Of a DNA stretch of 64,000 nt, positions 1 to 10,286 are shown in pieces. A program made the translations under genes and the position numbers. This DNA is from a virus. The notes beneath the pieces are model-generated. The model was not told the DNA's origin. It searched no databases and saw only the letters and a program-made list of their open reading frames with translations. Position 1 is the first letter of the stretch. The number at the start of each line of letters is the position of its first letter. The stretch spans positions 60,251 to 124,250 of IMG/VR virus record IMGVR_UViG_3300015371_000002; one strand, 5' to 3'.

Positions 1-308
1 GAGAACGTCGGGTTGGCGTCCGGGTTGGCAGGCCAGCGCTTGTGCGCCAGATGCTGCCAGTAGCAGAACGCCCGGCCGTCGTTATCAATGCCGAACAGCA
101 GGGTCACCTCCGGGGCGTAGTTGCCCGTCTCGACCACCGGCATATCCGGCCCCTCGACGAGGTATCCGCGATAGAGCGCGTCGCCCTCGATATCGCGGCT
201 GGCAATGATTTTATGCTCGGGCGGCAGATACTGCTCGATCATGCCCTGGACGAACCCGGCGTGACCGGCGACCCGGAGAATTCCCCTACGGTATTCTGTG
301 CTGTCCAT
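1..308 (-). CDS. hypothetical protein (runs off window edge)
   Basis: ATG at 308 preceded by GGAGG; frame MDSTEYRRGILRV... stays open to position 1; translated by hand, not in the ORF track. Confidence 0.6.
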   Translation of the reverse strand, partial: MDSTEYRRGILRVAGHAGFVQGMIEQYLPPEHKIIASRDIEGDALYRGYLVEGPDMPVVETGNYAPEVTLLFGIDNDGRAFCYWQHLAHKRWPANPDANPTF

Positions 309-321
309 CGTGACCTCCCTA

Positions 322-567
322 TCACGGGAGGCGACGGTAAGGGGTCATCCCGAGTCCCGCGCAAGTGACCAGATCATAGAGCAGCCAGAGGATGAAAATG
401 ACGACGACGGCGGCTACGATGATCTTGATGACCTGCATCACTAGATCGCTGGCCATGCCAAGCATGTTCAGGAAATACGGCACCAACTTATATAGGACTG
501 CAATGACCGTGACGACGATGACGATGCGTATCAGCAGGTCGATCAACCATGGCAATGACAGGCACAT
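322..567 (-). CDS. small two-TM membrane protein
   Basis: Two long hydrophobic stretches; tightly packed in the minus-strand operon. Confidence 0.7.
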   Translation of the reverse strand: MCLSLPWLIDLLIRIVIVVTVIAVLYKLVPYFLNMLGMASDLVMQVIKIIVAAVVVIFILWLLYDLVTCAGLGMTPYRRLP

Positions 568-570
568 CGT

Positions 571-1371
571 CTACCTCCTAAGTTTCGTCTCGGCCGCCGC
601 TAAGACTTCATCGACGGTGATGCGATCCATCGCTGCGGCGCAATGTTCACATGGCCGCAGCCGGCCACAGGCTTCCGTGGCACCGCCGGTAAGATTTGCA
701 TGCGCGTCGTAACCGAGAACCGATGGCGGCAACCAGCCGCCAAACAACACAACGGCTGGCGTCCCAACCGCTGCCGCCGCATGGTGCATGCCGCCTTCGG
801 CTCCAACATACAATGCGGCCTTACCGAGGATTACCGCAGCAGAGCGGAATGATGGTGTTTGGATAAGCCAGACATTGTGCAGGCGTGGGACGTCGCCATA
901 AACGAATTGCAACACGCGAATGCCACGTGCGGATAGCTCATTGACGACTTGCTGATAGCGGTCAACGGACCATTGCTTGTTAACCAGATATGGGGCGCGG
1001 ATCGTAACATGACGTTTGACGTGTGGCTCGATGACCACGAACTTCTTTGGAAGCGATAGCCGCTCGGCGGCTGCTTCATCCCCAGCCGTAAAGAAGAACT
1101 CGCCGGGTTGCACGTGGAAATCGTAGTTGAAACGCCAACGGTCGCCTTCTTGCGTGCTATATTGACGACAGCCTTTGTAGAACCGCACCCATTCGACGTC
1201 CGAGCCGTTAAGCGGCGATCCTGGAAATACGACGTTGGGATTGTTGCGGAACACCGGCTCGGAATTCTGGTCCCAGATGAGTCTTAATCCATCACCGAAT
1301 GCGATGCGCTTGCCTCGCATACGCGCGCCCTTAGCGAAGGAACTCGCTATAAGATTGTCCCCGACACCCAA
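571..1371 (-). CDS. glycosyltransferase family 9 (heptosyltransferase-like)
   Basis: N-terminal G-x-GD; K-x-W motif (NKQWSVDRYQQVV); C-terminal EGGMHHAAAAVGTPAVVLFG typical of GT9. Confidence 0.8.
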   Translation of the reverse strand: MGVGDNLIASSFAKGARMRGKRIAFGDGLRLIWDQNSEPVFRNNPNVVFPGSPLNGSDVEWVRFYKGCRQYSTQEGDRWRFNYDFHVQPGEFFFTAGDEAAAERLSLPKKFVVIEPHVKRHVTIRAPYLVNKQWSVDRYQQVVNELSARGIRVLQFVYGDVPRLHNVWLIQTPSFRSAAVILGKAALYVGAEGGMHHAAAAVGTPAVVLFGGWLPPSVLGYDAHANLTGGATEACGRLRPCEHCAAAMDRITVDEVLAAAETKLRR

Positions 1372-1374
1372 AAG

Positions 1375-2100
1375 TCAGTGGCCCGCCGCCCAGGACGTTA
1401 GCTCAGCCCGCCATTCCTCGGCGAATTCGCAGTCGCGATACCCGTCCATATCCGGGCAGCCCAAGGTGAAATGCGCAATCTTTGGCGACACAAGCGGTTG
1501 CGGAGAGACACCCACAAGATAGTTGTATTCCAACCCCAGCTCGCCGATTTGGTTATCGGCCAGCCAGCAGAAGCGATGCAGGTTTCGTCCTGGCAGTTCG
1601 TTGATCATATCCACCGTGAGCGCTCTATTCGCCGGATGGTCGACGTTCAGGATGAAGCAGGAACTCCACCATTTGCGCTCGTAGGTCCACTGCAGTTGAT
1701 TATCCATCTTGGTCCCCTCGTCCATGGAGGGGGCGTGCTTGACGCAATACAGCGCATACCGCGGGTCAAGCTCATCGAAGATGCGCGTCAGGTTCCCACG
1801 CACCAAAATGTCTCCATCAACGAACATCGCCCAACCTTCTTGGGCGAGCTCCTTGATGAGGAACCGTGCGATGGCGTGCTCAGTGCTGCACGGCGCATTA
1901 GAGATAACATCCCAGAGCCGACCATCCCGCATCTGCATTTCGCGGCGATAGAGGCCTCTGCCACGCAAATCATCCAATACCACGCCGTAGATCGGCAGCT
2001 TCGTCGACATGCGACGCTGTGCCGAGTATCGCGCGACAGCGTAAGCCGCCGCCTCCCTCGGGTCGAAGCCGAGAAAAACCGTGCACCGCCGGTCGAGCAC
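1375..2100 (-). CDS. glycosyltransferase, GT-A fold (GT8-like phage family)
   Basis: FLGFDPRE start, DxD motif (FVDGD), YERKWWSS, IAHFTLGCP. Confidence 0.75.
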   Translation of the reverse strand: MLDRRCTVFLGFDPREAAAYAVARYSAQRRMSTKLPIYGVVLDDLRGRGLYRREMQMRDGRLWDVISNAPCSTEHAIARFLIKELAQEGWAMFVDGDILVRGNLTRIFDELDPRYALYCVKHAPSMDEGTKMDNQLQWTYERKWWSSCFILNVDHPANRALTVDMINELPGRNLHRFCWLADNQIGELGLEYNYLVGVSPQPLVSPKIAHFTLGCPDMDGYRDCEFAEEWRAELTSWAAGH

Positions 2101-2102
2101 GA

Positions 2103-2270
2103 CTATTCGGCCTCCAGCCGATCAGCGGTGCGCTCCATTCCGCAGGCGCCTTCGAACAACCGCAGCATGTTGGCCGCCGCGGTGATCGCTTCCCCACGGC
2201 CAAGCCCCTTCTCGATCTTGACGTAGGCCTGCAATTGCTTGTGCAGATGCTCGAGGCTCTTATCGGTCAT
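2103..2270 (-). CDS. hypothetical protein (55 aa)
   Basis: Hand-translated MTDKSLEHLHKQ...RLEAE; fills the gap between neighbours exactly. Confidence 0.55.
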   Translation of the reverse strand: MTDKSLEHLHKQLQAYVKIEKGLGRGEAITAAANMLRLFEGACGMERTADRLEAE

Positions 2271-2921
2271 TCACATCTTCCATTCTTGTAGCGCAACCTC
2301 CACCGAGGGCACGAACCGAAACTCTTTCACGTCGGAAAACCGCGTAGCGTTGGCGACATCGATGCCCATGTTGGACAGCGTCCGGGCGGCGATGGCGAAC
2401 GAGCGGCGCCAACGGCGAAAGTTGGCTTCTCCGGGATTGTTCGCCCCAGACCATTCGTTGCGGCCATACCAGTGCGGGCCTGAGCGGGTATGCACGTCGA
2501 GACCGACGAACGCGATCTGTCGCGCACCGAACTGCACCGCCAAATTTAATGCCTGGAACCCGCTATTACCGCCTGATCCGACAAACCCCGGACGCTCCAA
2601 CAGGATGTCGTCCTTGTGCATGTCGATCTTGATCAGATGAATGTCGGGATACTGCTCGTGCAGCAGTGGGTCATACGCGACCTTGAGGCCAGAGAACTTC
2701 GGCATGCCAATATTGGCGTGCCACCATGGTCGATCGCAGCCATAAATTACGTCCGGCTTGCAGAGCCGCCACGACTCCTTGATCGCTATAACCCTTACGC
2801 GCTGTTTCTGTGCCAGGATGCTGAGATCAACATTCTTGGCGGACGGGCCTGACGCTACGATGACAGCGACGCAGCCGCGCCAATCGGGAAACCACGCAGG
2901 CTTATCGATGCCGTCGAACAT
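2271..2921 (-). CDS. DUF115/MptE-like or sialyltransferase-like Rossmann protein
   Basis: IVASGPSA, GGNSGFQALNLAVQFGARQIAFVGLD motifs. Confidence 0.6.
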   Translation of the reverse strand: MFDGIDKPAWFPDWRGCVAVIVASGPSAKNVDLSILAQKQRVRVIAIKESWRLCKPDVIYGCDRPWWHANIGMPKFSGLKVAYDPLLHEQYPDIHLIKIDMHKDDILLERPGFVGSGGNSGFQALNLAVQFGARQIAFVGLDVHTRSGPHWYGRNEWSGANNPGEANFRRWRRSFAIAARTLSNMGIDVANATRFSDVKEFRFVPSVEVALQEWKM

Positions 2922-5578
2922 TAGGTCCGATCGCGACCTGGCACACCTGGCGGCCCTTGTTTACCCTCTGGACCCTTGAGCGATGCCAGCCACTCTTTCT
3001 CGGTGCCACTAAACCCCGCGGCACGCGCAATCTCGTAGGCCGACCGTCCATTCCTCGCGGACTTCACCGCCAAGCGCCATCCGCTGTCAGGACCTACGCC
3101 GGGCGTTGCCGTTGTGGTTTTCTGGGCCAACCAGACAGCGCCATCGCGTGTCACCGCATCCCCGAGAACGTATTCCCCATCGCGCCAAATGCCACGATCG
3201 AGCGGCAACGGGAAATAGAACGACTGCGTGTGCTTCTGGCCGTCGCGCTCCATGATCAGCGTCATCGTGCGCTCGCCGTCATATTCCCAGCGCATATCGT
3301 CGAACCCGAGGCCCGGTGCCCCGTCTTTACCGTCCTTACCGTCCCTGCCGTCGGCGGCGCGCACCAGCCCGATGGACAGCGAGCGATTATCCGTCATGTG
3401 TGCGATAAGATTGCCCTCGGCATCTAGCGAGAATGAATCAACACCGGGCGGCGTTGTTCCGTCATCTCCGCGGACGCGTCCGGCGGTTTCAGTGGTGCCG
3501 TCTCGGCGCACGAATACCAGATCGCCATCGGCATTAACCAGGAAGCCGCGAGGGACAGTTGCCAAAGCTGCATCGACTGAACGCTTAATCTCATCAGCAG
3601 TCGCCATTGCTCGTCCGATGGCATCGCCGATCTCTCCCTTCATTTGTTCGCGGAGCGCGTTGATGCGATCGTCGATTTCTGCGGCAATCTTAGTTACATC
3701 TGCATCGGAACCGTCACGGCCAGCAGGGCCCGGCTCGCCCTTCTCGCCAGGCGGGGCGGGCGGAATAGCGGAGACGGCTTCGGTAACCAGCGAGCGGACG
3801 AATTCCAGATCGACATCCGATCCGTCACGCCCGTCCCTACCGTCAGCTGGCTTAGGAATGGCGTTGACCGCTTCCTCGACCAAGGCGCGAATGACAATTG
3901 GATCGGCGTCCTTTCCGTCGATACCGTCACGCGCTGGCGGCAATGCCGCGACAGCGTCAGTGACGAGCAGGCGGACAAATTCCGGATCCGCGTTCTGTCC
4001 GGGATCGCCCTTTTCACCGACCGGCCCAGGAAGGCCATCGACGCCATCGCGTGGCGGTGGAACGGCGGCGAATGCTTCGGTAACCAACGACCGGACGAAC
4101 TCCGGATCGGTATCGCGGCCGGGTGGCCCAGGCTCTCCCTGCGGCCCCGGTGCGCCATCCATCCCGTCCTTGCCGTCGATCGCTAGTATGCGACCGAGGT
4201 TGATACTGCGCCCGTCGGTCAGGAATACGCGGGCGTGCCCGTCGGTATCTGTCTGCAGGTTGAGAATGCCGATACCGTCCATGCCATCGGCGCCCGGCAG
4301 GCCGTCGGCCCCCTTCTCACCTTGAATTCCTTGGAGGCCTACGCCCGGCTGCCCCGGAACGCCCTGTGGCCCTTCCGGTCCCGCTGGCCCCATCTCTCCC
4401 TGTGGGCCGGGCGGACCAACCACAGCCTCGCCCTGCGGTCCGGCCGGACCCATTTCGCCAGGATCGCCCTTCTCGCCGCGCTCTCCGGTTAGTCCCTTTT
4501 CGCCCTGTGGCCCCGGCAACCCGTCCACGCCATCGCGGCCCGTAAGACCCACGTCGCCCGGGTCACCTTTCTCGCCCTGAATACCTTTCTCGCCTGGAAT
4601 TCCAGGAGCACCGTCAATGCCATCGCGTGGCGGCGACAATGCCGCAATCGCCTCGGTCAGCATTGAACGGATCAGTTCTGGCTCAACGTCCTTGCCATCA
4701 ATGCCATCGCGACCCGCAGGCCCTGGCTCACCGTCCTTCGGTAACGGAATAGCCGAGACAGCCTCGACCACGAGAGAGCGAACAAATTCCGGATCGGCGT
4801 CCTTGCCATCGACCCCAGGCGGGCCCTCAAGACCATCGCGTGGTTTTGGCAATGCCGCGACAACATCGGTGATCAGTGACCGCACCAGCTCCGGCTCGAA
4901 ATCCCTGCCGTCTTTGCCATCGCGACCCGGCGGTCCCGGCTCTCCAACCATCGGCGGCGGAAGGGCTGCCACTGCCTCTTCCACCAACGAGCGAACCAGG
5001 AGTGGATCAGCGTCCTTCCCCGGATCTCCTGGCGGGCCATGGGCGCCGTCCACGCCATCACGCGGGACTGGGATGGCCGAAATCGCTTCGACCACGAGAG
5101 AGCGAACGAATGCGGGATCGGCATCGATGCCATCGGCGCCCGGATCGCCCTTTGGTCCCGGCTCGCCTCGCGGCCCCTTAATGTTCGATAGCGTCTCCTC
5201 GGTCTTGTCCGAATAGGCGAAATACAGTCGCCCCTCTTCGGTCACATAGGTATCGACAATCCCTCGTCCCGGCGGACCCGGTTCGCCGTCGACGCCATCC
5301 CTGGCAGGGGGCGCATCTCTACCATCCGCACCACGAACCTTGCCGACGCGAAGCAGCTCGCCGTCGGAGCGAGTAAAGCAAAGTTCGCCTTCGACATCTT
5401 GCATGGCACCGACGAAACCGACACCATCACGCCCTGGCGGCCCTGTCTCTGGCACAAGCATAGACCGCGCCTCGAGCGCGGCGATGCGCTGCTGCATAGG
5501 GGCCAGTTGCTCGCCGAGATATTGCCGCACGACAGGCGCAATAGCCTGCATGAGCCCAGCTATGGTCGCATGATCCAC
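2921..5578 (-). CDS. collagen-like (Gly-X-Y) virion protein downstream of portal
   Basis: Long GPxGExG runs alternating with DADPxFVRSLVxEAVxAIP repeats; probable GTG start at 5578 (ORF open to 5650). Confidence 0.8.
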   Translation of the reverse strand: MDHATIAGLMQAIAPVVRQYLGEQLAPMQQRIAALEARSMLVPETGPPGRDGVGFVGAMQDVEGELCFTRSDGELLRVGKVRGADGRDAPPARDGVDGEPGPPGRGIVDTYVTEEGRLYFAYSDKTEETLSNIKGPRGEPGPKGDPGADGIDADPAFVRSLVVEAISAIPVPRDGVDGAHGPPGDPGKDADPLLVRSLVEEAVAALPPPMVGEPGPPGRDGKDGRDFEPELVRSLITDVVAALPKPRDGLEGPPGVDGKDADPEFVRSLVVEAVSAIPLPKDGEPGPAGRDGIDGKDVEPELIRSMLTEAIAALSPPRDGIDGAPGIPGEKGIQGEKGDPGDVGLTGRDGVDGLPGPQGEKGLTGERGEKGDPGEMGPAGPQGEAVVGPPGPQGEMGPAGPEGPQGVPGQPGVGLQGIQGEKGADGLPGADGMDGIGILNLQTDTDGHARVFLTDGRSINLGRILAIDGKDGMDGAPGPQGEPGPPGRDTDPEFVRSLVTEAFAAVPPPRDGVDGLPGPVGEKGDPGQNADPEFVRLLVTDAVAALPPARDGIDGKDADPIVIRALVEEAVNAIPKPADGRDGRDGSDVDLEFVRSLVTEAVSAIPPAPPGEKGEPGPAGRDGSDADVTKIAAEIDDRINALREQMKGEIGDAIGRAMATADEIKRSVDAALATVPRGFLVNADGDLVFVRRDGTTETAGRVRGDDGTTPPGVDSFSLDAEGNLIAHMTDNRSLSIGLVRAADGRDGKDGKDGAPGLGFDDMRWEYDGERTMTLIMERDGQKHTQSFYFPLPLDRGIWRDGEYVLGDAVTRDGAVWLAQKTTTATPGVGPDSGWRLAVKSARNGRSAYEIARAAGFSGTEKEWLASLKGPEGKQGPPGVPGRDRT

Positions 5579-5624
5579 TGGTGACGACCCCTTCGTGTTC
5601 TGCGGCCGGCTGATCCGCTTTCGG

Positions 5625-7067
5625 TCAATCTGCTGCCGACAGAACGGCACCGCCTCCCAGCGCTTTGGTCAGATGCCACGCAGCCATGGCGATGTCGGCC
5701 TCATCGAGGTCGCGCTGCTGTGCGGCTGGGCTTCCCGGCGCGCCCGGTCCGGATGGCGGCGTAAGTGCGGGCTGAAGGGGGGCAGGCGTTGCCGGGGCTG
5801 ATTCTCGCTGCGTCAGAACGTCAATGGGCCAATACTGCTGCTGAAGGAATGGAACATCGCCACCTTTGACCGGACGCATGTCGAACCGTGCGCGCGCTTC
5901 GTTCGGCGAGAAGATCGCCCGCTGCACGCCTTCGCCGATGGTCTTGACCTTGGTGGCGGTGTCCATGCGCAGTAGGCCATCGTCGATGTCGAACTCGGTG
6001 CCGTAAATATGTCCGGTGACCTCGGTTAGACCGAGGCCCTCGTCCAACAGCAATTCGATGTTCTCAAAGCGTGCCTGCAAGCACTGGCTATAATACGACA
6101 GGTTCAGCGCTTCCACGTTGTTATACGTCGGTGCTGCTTGCGTCACGAGAAACGCGGGCACGTGGAATGCGGAGCAGATGGTCTCGGCGGTCCACCTCAG
6201 TTGCTCGATGAGTTGGGCATCGACCGGATTGATACTCATCCGCTCGAACTTCATCCCATCGCCGAGGATCGCCACCCGCCCGACGTTCTCGCCCGCGTAG
6301 TTCGCCTGCCATTTGGCTTTGACGCGATCGGCGGTTTCCTGCGAGATCGGCCCCGGCGCGATCAGCATGCCAGATGGCACCGCCTGATTGCGCGACGTCT
6401 CGATCTGCTGCTTCTGCGCCTCAAGCCCCTGGAGCGCCGACAGGCCACACGCAGTGAGCGGCGAAATACCGATCAGCGGATGGAACACCGCCGACATGCG
6501 GTCGTGGATGATTTCCGACGCGGGAACAACCTGGCTGTCTTCTTCGACGCCGGTCAAGCTGTCCGCGTAGAGTTGGTAATAGACCGCACCATCGGGTGCG
6601 ACCAGCACCTTGGTGCGTGCTGGGTCAAGCACATACATGGCAATGACCACGCCACGACCGTCGCGCTGCTTCAGTATATACGTATTCCCCCACGTAAGGA
6701 GGCTATAGATCCAGCACTCCAGGAATTGAATTCGCGTTTGGTAGCGATTTGGCTTGCGCAGCACCGGGCTGAACGCGGGCGCGGAAGTCTCTTCCCAGAT
6801 GCCGGTGGTCGGATCCTGCTCGACCAGTTTGATACGAATTTTGGATATGTCCTGGGCAATCAGCGAAAGGCACGAATAGACGGCGTGATGGCGCAGGGAG
6901 GTTTCCTGCGTCATGCCCATGTTGCGCTGCCAGGCGCCCATGAACGGTTCCTGGATAGTCGGCCAGAACCACTGGGAGAACGTCGACATCGGCGGCACCA
7001 TCAGGCCGGTGGGCGGTGATGCCTTGGCGATGCCGTTGCGCGTGATGTCGAACCCGAGGATACGCAT
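5625..7067 (-). CDS. phage portal protein, HK97 family
   Basis: AVYSCLSLIAQDIS, LRKPNRYQT, EIIHDR, GISPL, ICSAFHVP, SPNEARARFDMRPVKGGD; likely start MRILGF at 7067. Confidence 0.92.
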   Translation of the reverse strand: MRILGFDITRNGIAKASPPTGLMVPPMSTFSQWFWPTIQEPFMGAWQRNMGMTQETSLRHHAVYSCLSLIAQDISKIRIKLVEQDPTTGIWEETSAPAFSPVLRKPNRYQTRIQFLECWIYSLLTWGNTYILKQRDGRGVVIAMYVLDPARTKVLVAPDGAVYYQLYADSLTGVEEDSQVVPASEIIHDRMSAVFHPLIGISPLTACGLSALQGLEAQKQQIETSRNQAVPSGMLIAPGPISQETADRVKAKWQANYAGENVGRVAILGDGMKFERMSINPVDAQLIEQLRWTAETICSAFHVPAFLVTQAAPTYNNVEALNLSYYSQCLQARFENIELLLDEGLGLTEVTGHIYGTEFDIDDGLLRMDTATKVKTIGEGVQRAIFSPNEARARFDMRPVKGGDVPFLQQQYWPIDVLTQRESAPATPAPLQPALTPPSGPGAPGSPAAQQRDLDEADIAMAAWHLTKALGGGAVLSAAD

Positions 7068-7074
7068 CGTCGCG

Positions 7075-7266
7075 TTAGTCCTCACGCGCAGCGAACAGGT
7101 CTGCCATTCGTGCGTCCTCCGGATCTCCGGCTGGGGAAATGAACCAGTTGTCGGGATCGGACATCCCATCAGGAACGTGGAAGGTCGGGCAGGCCAGGAT
7201 GGGTGTGTCCCGCAAGTCCAGCAGCAATTGGGCGTCTACAGGATCAAGCTCCGGTTTATCCGACAC
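7075..7266 (-). CDS. hypothetical protein
   Basis: C-terminal part of ORF 7075..7560 from GTG at 7266; fits operon packing. Confidence 0.5.
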   Translation of the reverse strand: MSDKPELDPVDAQLLLDLRDTPILACPTFHVPDGMSDPDNWFISPAGDPEDARMADLFAARED

Positions 7267-7270
7267 TGGC

Positions 7271-7693
7271 TTATTCCTCGGGCCGCAGATCGCGGCGGGA
7301 ATAGCGGCCGTGGATCGGCGGACGCCCACGTCCCCGACGCGGCGCATCGCCCTCCGGCTCATCACCACTGTCCACAGTCGCCTCGTCAGTCTCAGCCGGC
7401 GCCGCTTCGTCCGGCTCCATGACTTTCTCCAGCAATGACGGCGCGGGTTCCGGCGTTGGTTCGGGTGTGGACTCTGGTGGCGGTTCCGGTGGTGCCGCGA
7501 CCTTCTGCGGCGGCAATGGCGGAGGTGAGCCGATAGCCACAGGTTCGAACTTGCGCGCACGCTTGGCCGCGATCAGCACCTTGGCCAGATTGCGCCCCTT
7601 GTAGTCGTCGGGCACCTCGAATTCCTGGCCCGCCTTATAGACGACGCCCTTGCCGCCCGGCATGCGCAACAATGTAATGGCCTGCAGCCGCAT
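7271..7693 (-). CDS. hypothetical head-associated protein, Pro/Glu-rich with basic RRGRGRP tail
   Basis: Follows the capsid gene; ends YSRRDLRPEE; GGAG upstream. Confidence 0.65.
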   Translation of the reverse strand: MRLQAITLLRMPGGKGVVYKAGQEFEVPDDYKGRNLAKVLIAAKRARKFEPVAIGSPPPLPPQKVAAPPEPPPESTPEPTPEPAPSLLEKVMEPDEAAPAETDEATVDSGDEPEGDAPRRGRGRPPIHGRYSRRDLRPEE

Positions 7694-7707
7694 CGGGCAT
7701 GCTCCTG

Positions 7708-7810
7708 AAAAGAAGGCGGCCGAATTGCTCCGACCGCCAAGTTAGAAGGAGGAAACGTCGCCGCGTAACCGCGTTCCGAAGTGGGGGAGCACCTCAGAAC
7801 GCGGCTGGCC
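7708..7810 (-). ncRNA. SuhB/MmgR-like small RNA motif with intrinsic terminator
   Basis: Minus strand reads GTTTCCTCCTTCTAACTT, hairpin GGCGGTCGG...CGGCCGCC, then TTCTTTT; another hairpin at ~7770-7805. Confidence 0.55.
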
Positions 7811-7860
7811 TCGGTAGGACAAAAAGTCCCGATTAGAGTAACAAGATATTCGTTGCGGTA

Positions 7861-10221
7861 TCATACGTATTTGGCGTAGTCAATCCACTGCACGACGCCA
7901 GTGCGACGCTTGCGCCAATTGATCTCACGCTCTGCAAGAACCGCGGTCATATTTTCCTGCCACAGTGAGCGGTAAACAGTAGAGGCAGAGATCGGGCTAT
8001 CGGGCGCGCTATCGAACTGCAGCGAAGCCTGGTTGCTGCTGTCGATCGTCACGTTGCCGTCGTCGGCGAGCAGAATTTCGCCCGGCAAGATGAACGCGAT
8101 CATATAGCCATCCGTCGGCGAACCACCGGACGACGGCACGTTCGTGCTGGTGATGACGCGGAACCCGGCCAACGTGCCGCCACCGGCGGTGATGTCGGGG
8201 AACTCGCGTTGTCCAAGCGTATTCAGCATGAGGCTGAACGCGATCGCCTGGTTGACGTGCATGACCCACGTGCCGCCAGTCATGTCGAGATCCAGCGCTG
8301 CCATCGTGGTCAGCACCGTGCGGATGTTGGCGCGCGCGGCGTCGGCATCCGTGCCTGTTGCGGCAACAGCAGTAACGCCGTTGGTCAGTGACGCAGGCGA
8401 AGGACCGCCTGAACCCGTGCCGACGACCTTCGTGCTGTCGAGCAGGTCGGTGTCGAGCTTCTTGGCAATCGCTGCGACCATGTCCTGACGGATCATCGCT
8501 TCCAAACTTGGATTTGAGAACCGCAGGCTTTCGTTGGTGAATGCTACGAGCGCGGCAACCTTCGCGAAGGTCATCGTGATCGTATCAAACGCCGCGCTGC
8601 TCATGGGTTTAGACGATCCCTCGCCGACCCAATACGCTGTCGAACCGGATGACATCAATGGGACACGAATGTTAAATGGCACACGACGCATACCGCCAGC
8701 GAGCTTGTCGAGAATAGTCGCAGCACGAACCAGATCGATAAATTCACTGGCCATATACTGCAGCTGCACGAGGGGTGACGCCCACGTGGTATCGTAAGTG
8801 TTCGCCGGAGCGACTGCCGCCTTCAGCACCGTTGTGCCCTCGGCCGCAGCAAAGTTCAACACTTGTGCTACTTCCGGCGTGTCCTTCCATGCCTCACGCT
8901 GTGCGATCTGCACCGCCTGCTGCAAGTTGCCCTTCGACATCGCCTGTGCGGCAATGTAGCGAACGAACGCGGTGCCCTTCTCAAGCGGCGGACGCTTGAC
9001 CTGGACAACGGACGAAGTCTGGCGTGGCGCTAGCGACTGACCGGCATTGTAACCGATACGGTCGCCATCGACTGCTACCGCGGCCGAGATGTTCAGCTTC
9101 TCCTGCTCGCGTAGACGGGTCAGGTGCTTGTCAATCGACTTAATCTTGTCGTTCAGTTCGTCGTATTCGGTCTCCTGCTCCTCATCGAGCGTTGAGCCGT
9201 CTTCCGACGCCTTGCTCATCAGCTCGGACATCCGTGCTGCGTGTGCGGTTCGCGTCGATGCGTATGCGGCAATATCTTCCGCAATAGTTTTGGTTGCCAT
9301 TGGTGCCTCCCGGCTTGTCTGGCGGTTAACGGTCGCCGTGACGCCGGCGGGGTTCTGCTCAACACGCGGACTCTGCTTCTGGCCGGTCGCGGCCTGCAGC
9401 GCTTGCGTATCGAGGGATCTGATAAGCTGGATGGTGGCTTCCGATTGGGCTGGCACGGTCACGAGAGACAATTCATGCCAGTTCCATTCTTTAAACCGGA
9501 TGCCACCACCCTTAATCATCTCATATTGGTCTTTGATCGGCGTGAAACCGATGCTGACGCCTTTGACGAGTCCAGCGCGCACTGTCTGCCACGCCTCATC
9601 AACGCGATCCTTAAGTTTCCCGGGTTCCTCAACCTTGGCGATGCGTGCCTGGAACGAGATACCGCGGTCGGTCTTAGTTACGTGGGTAACCGTTCCGACC
9701 GGCTGGCTGTGCTGGTGCATCCATAGCAGCGGGATACTGACCGGCGTCGCGTATTTCGCACCCATGCTTTCCACGACGTCACCGACATGATCGACGGATG
9801 GCGTGGTAGCGATGCCGGAGATCATGCGTTCGCCTTCGTTGAGGCCCTTGACCTCCAGCGTTGTCGGCATCCATTTCATTTCGACCGGCGCGGAATGCAT
9901 CATCGGCGCGTCGGGCATCGATGGCTTGCTATCCATCCACGCCATCATGCAGGTTTCCTCGCTATCGCCGCCTTCGACGCATCTTTCCAAGAACGAAACC
10001 ATATCCTCCCCGCCACCGGGTGTGCAGCACGTCCCTGCCACATCGCGCTTTGGCGCCGGACCGTTCGCTGCGGACCCGTGATGTTCCCGCCAAAGATTCA
10101 GACATACGGCAATCCGTTGCCTGTTCGTAGCGAAATCATTATTGACCGTTGCATCGCCCATGCAGCGTGCCATCCACTGCTCGTTTGTCTCGCCTGATGG
10201 CTTAGGTTTTGGAAGCGGCAT
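7861..10221 (-). CDS. HK97-family prohead protease fused to major capsid protein
   Basis: Protease motifs (ISGIATTPSVDHVGD, LLWMHQH, GVSIGF, ELSLVTVPA), coiled-coil delta domain, capsid motifs (AYWVGEGSSKP, SLWQENMTAVLAERE); start MPLPKP at 10221. Confidence 0.92.
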   Translation of the reverse strand: MPLPKPKPSGETNEQWMARCMGDATVNNDFATNRQRIAVCLNLWREHHGSAANGPAPKRDVAGTCCTPGGGEDMVSFLERCVEGGDSEETCMMAWMDSKPSMPDAPMMHSAPVEMKWMPTTLEVKGLNEGERMISGIATTPSVDHVGDVVESMGAKYATPVSIPLLWMHQHSQPVGTVTHVTKTDRGISFQARIAKVEEPGKLKDRVDEAWQTVRAGLVKGVSIGFTPIKDQYEMIKGGGIRFKEWNWHELSLVTVPAQSEATIQLIRSLDTQALQAATGQKQSPRVEQNPAGVTATVNRQTSREAPMATKTIAEDIAAYASTRTAHAARMSELMSKASEDGSTLDEEQETEYDELNDKIKSIDKHLTRLREQEKLNISAAVAVDGDRIGYNAGQSLAPRQTSSVVQVKRPPLEKGTAFVRYIAAQAMSKGNLQQAVQIAQREAWKDTPEVAQVLNFAAAEGTTVLKAAVAPANTYDTTWASPLVQLQYMASEFIDLVRAATILDKLAGGMRRVPFNIRVPLMSSGSTAYWVGEGSSKPMSSAAFDTITMTFAKVAALVAFTNESLRFSNPSLEAMIRQDMVAAIAKKLDTDLLDSTKVVGTGSGGPSPASLTNGVTAVAATGTDADAARANIRTVLTTMAALDLDMTGGTWVMHVNQAIAFSLMLNTLGQREFPDITAGGGTLAGFRVITSTNVPSSGGSPTDGYMIAFILPGEILLADDGNVTIDSSNQASLQFDSAPDSPISASTVYRSLWQENMTAVLAEREINWRKRRTGVVQWIDYAKYV

Positions 10222-10286
10222 AGCAGTGGTTCTCCAGGGCTTAGAGGCTTGACGGCTGAGCTTAGGGACTGGCATGCTTAGCGTTA

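Noticed and set aside
3228-5216. Long plus-strand ORFs opposite the collagen-like gene
   Set aside because: Antisense shadows of a GC-rich repetitive coding sequence.
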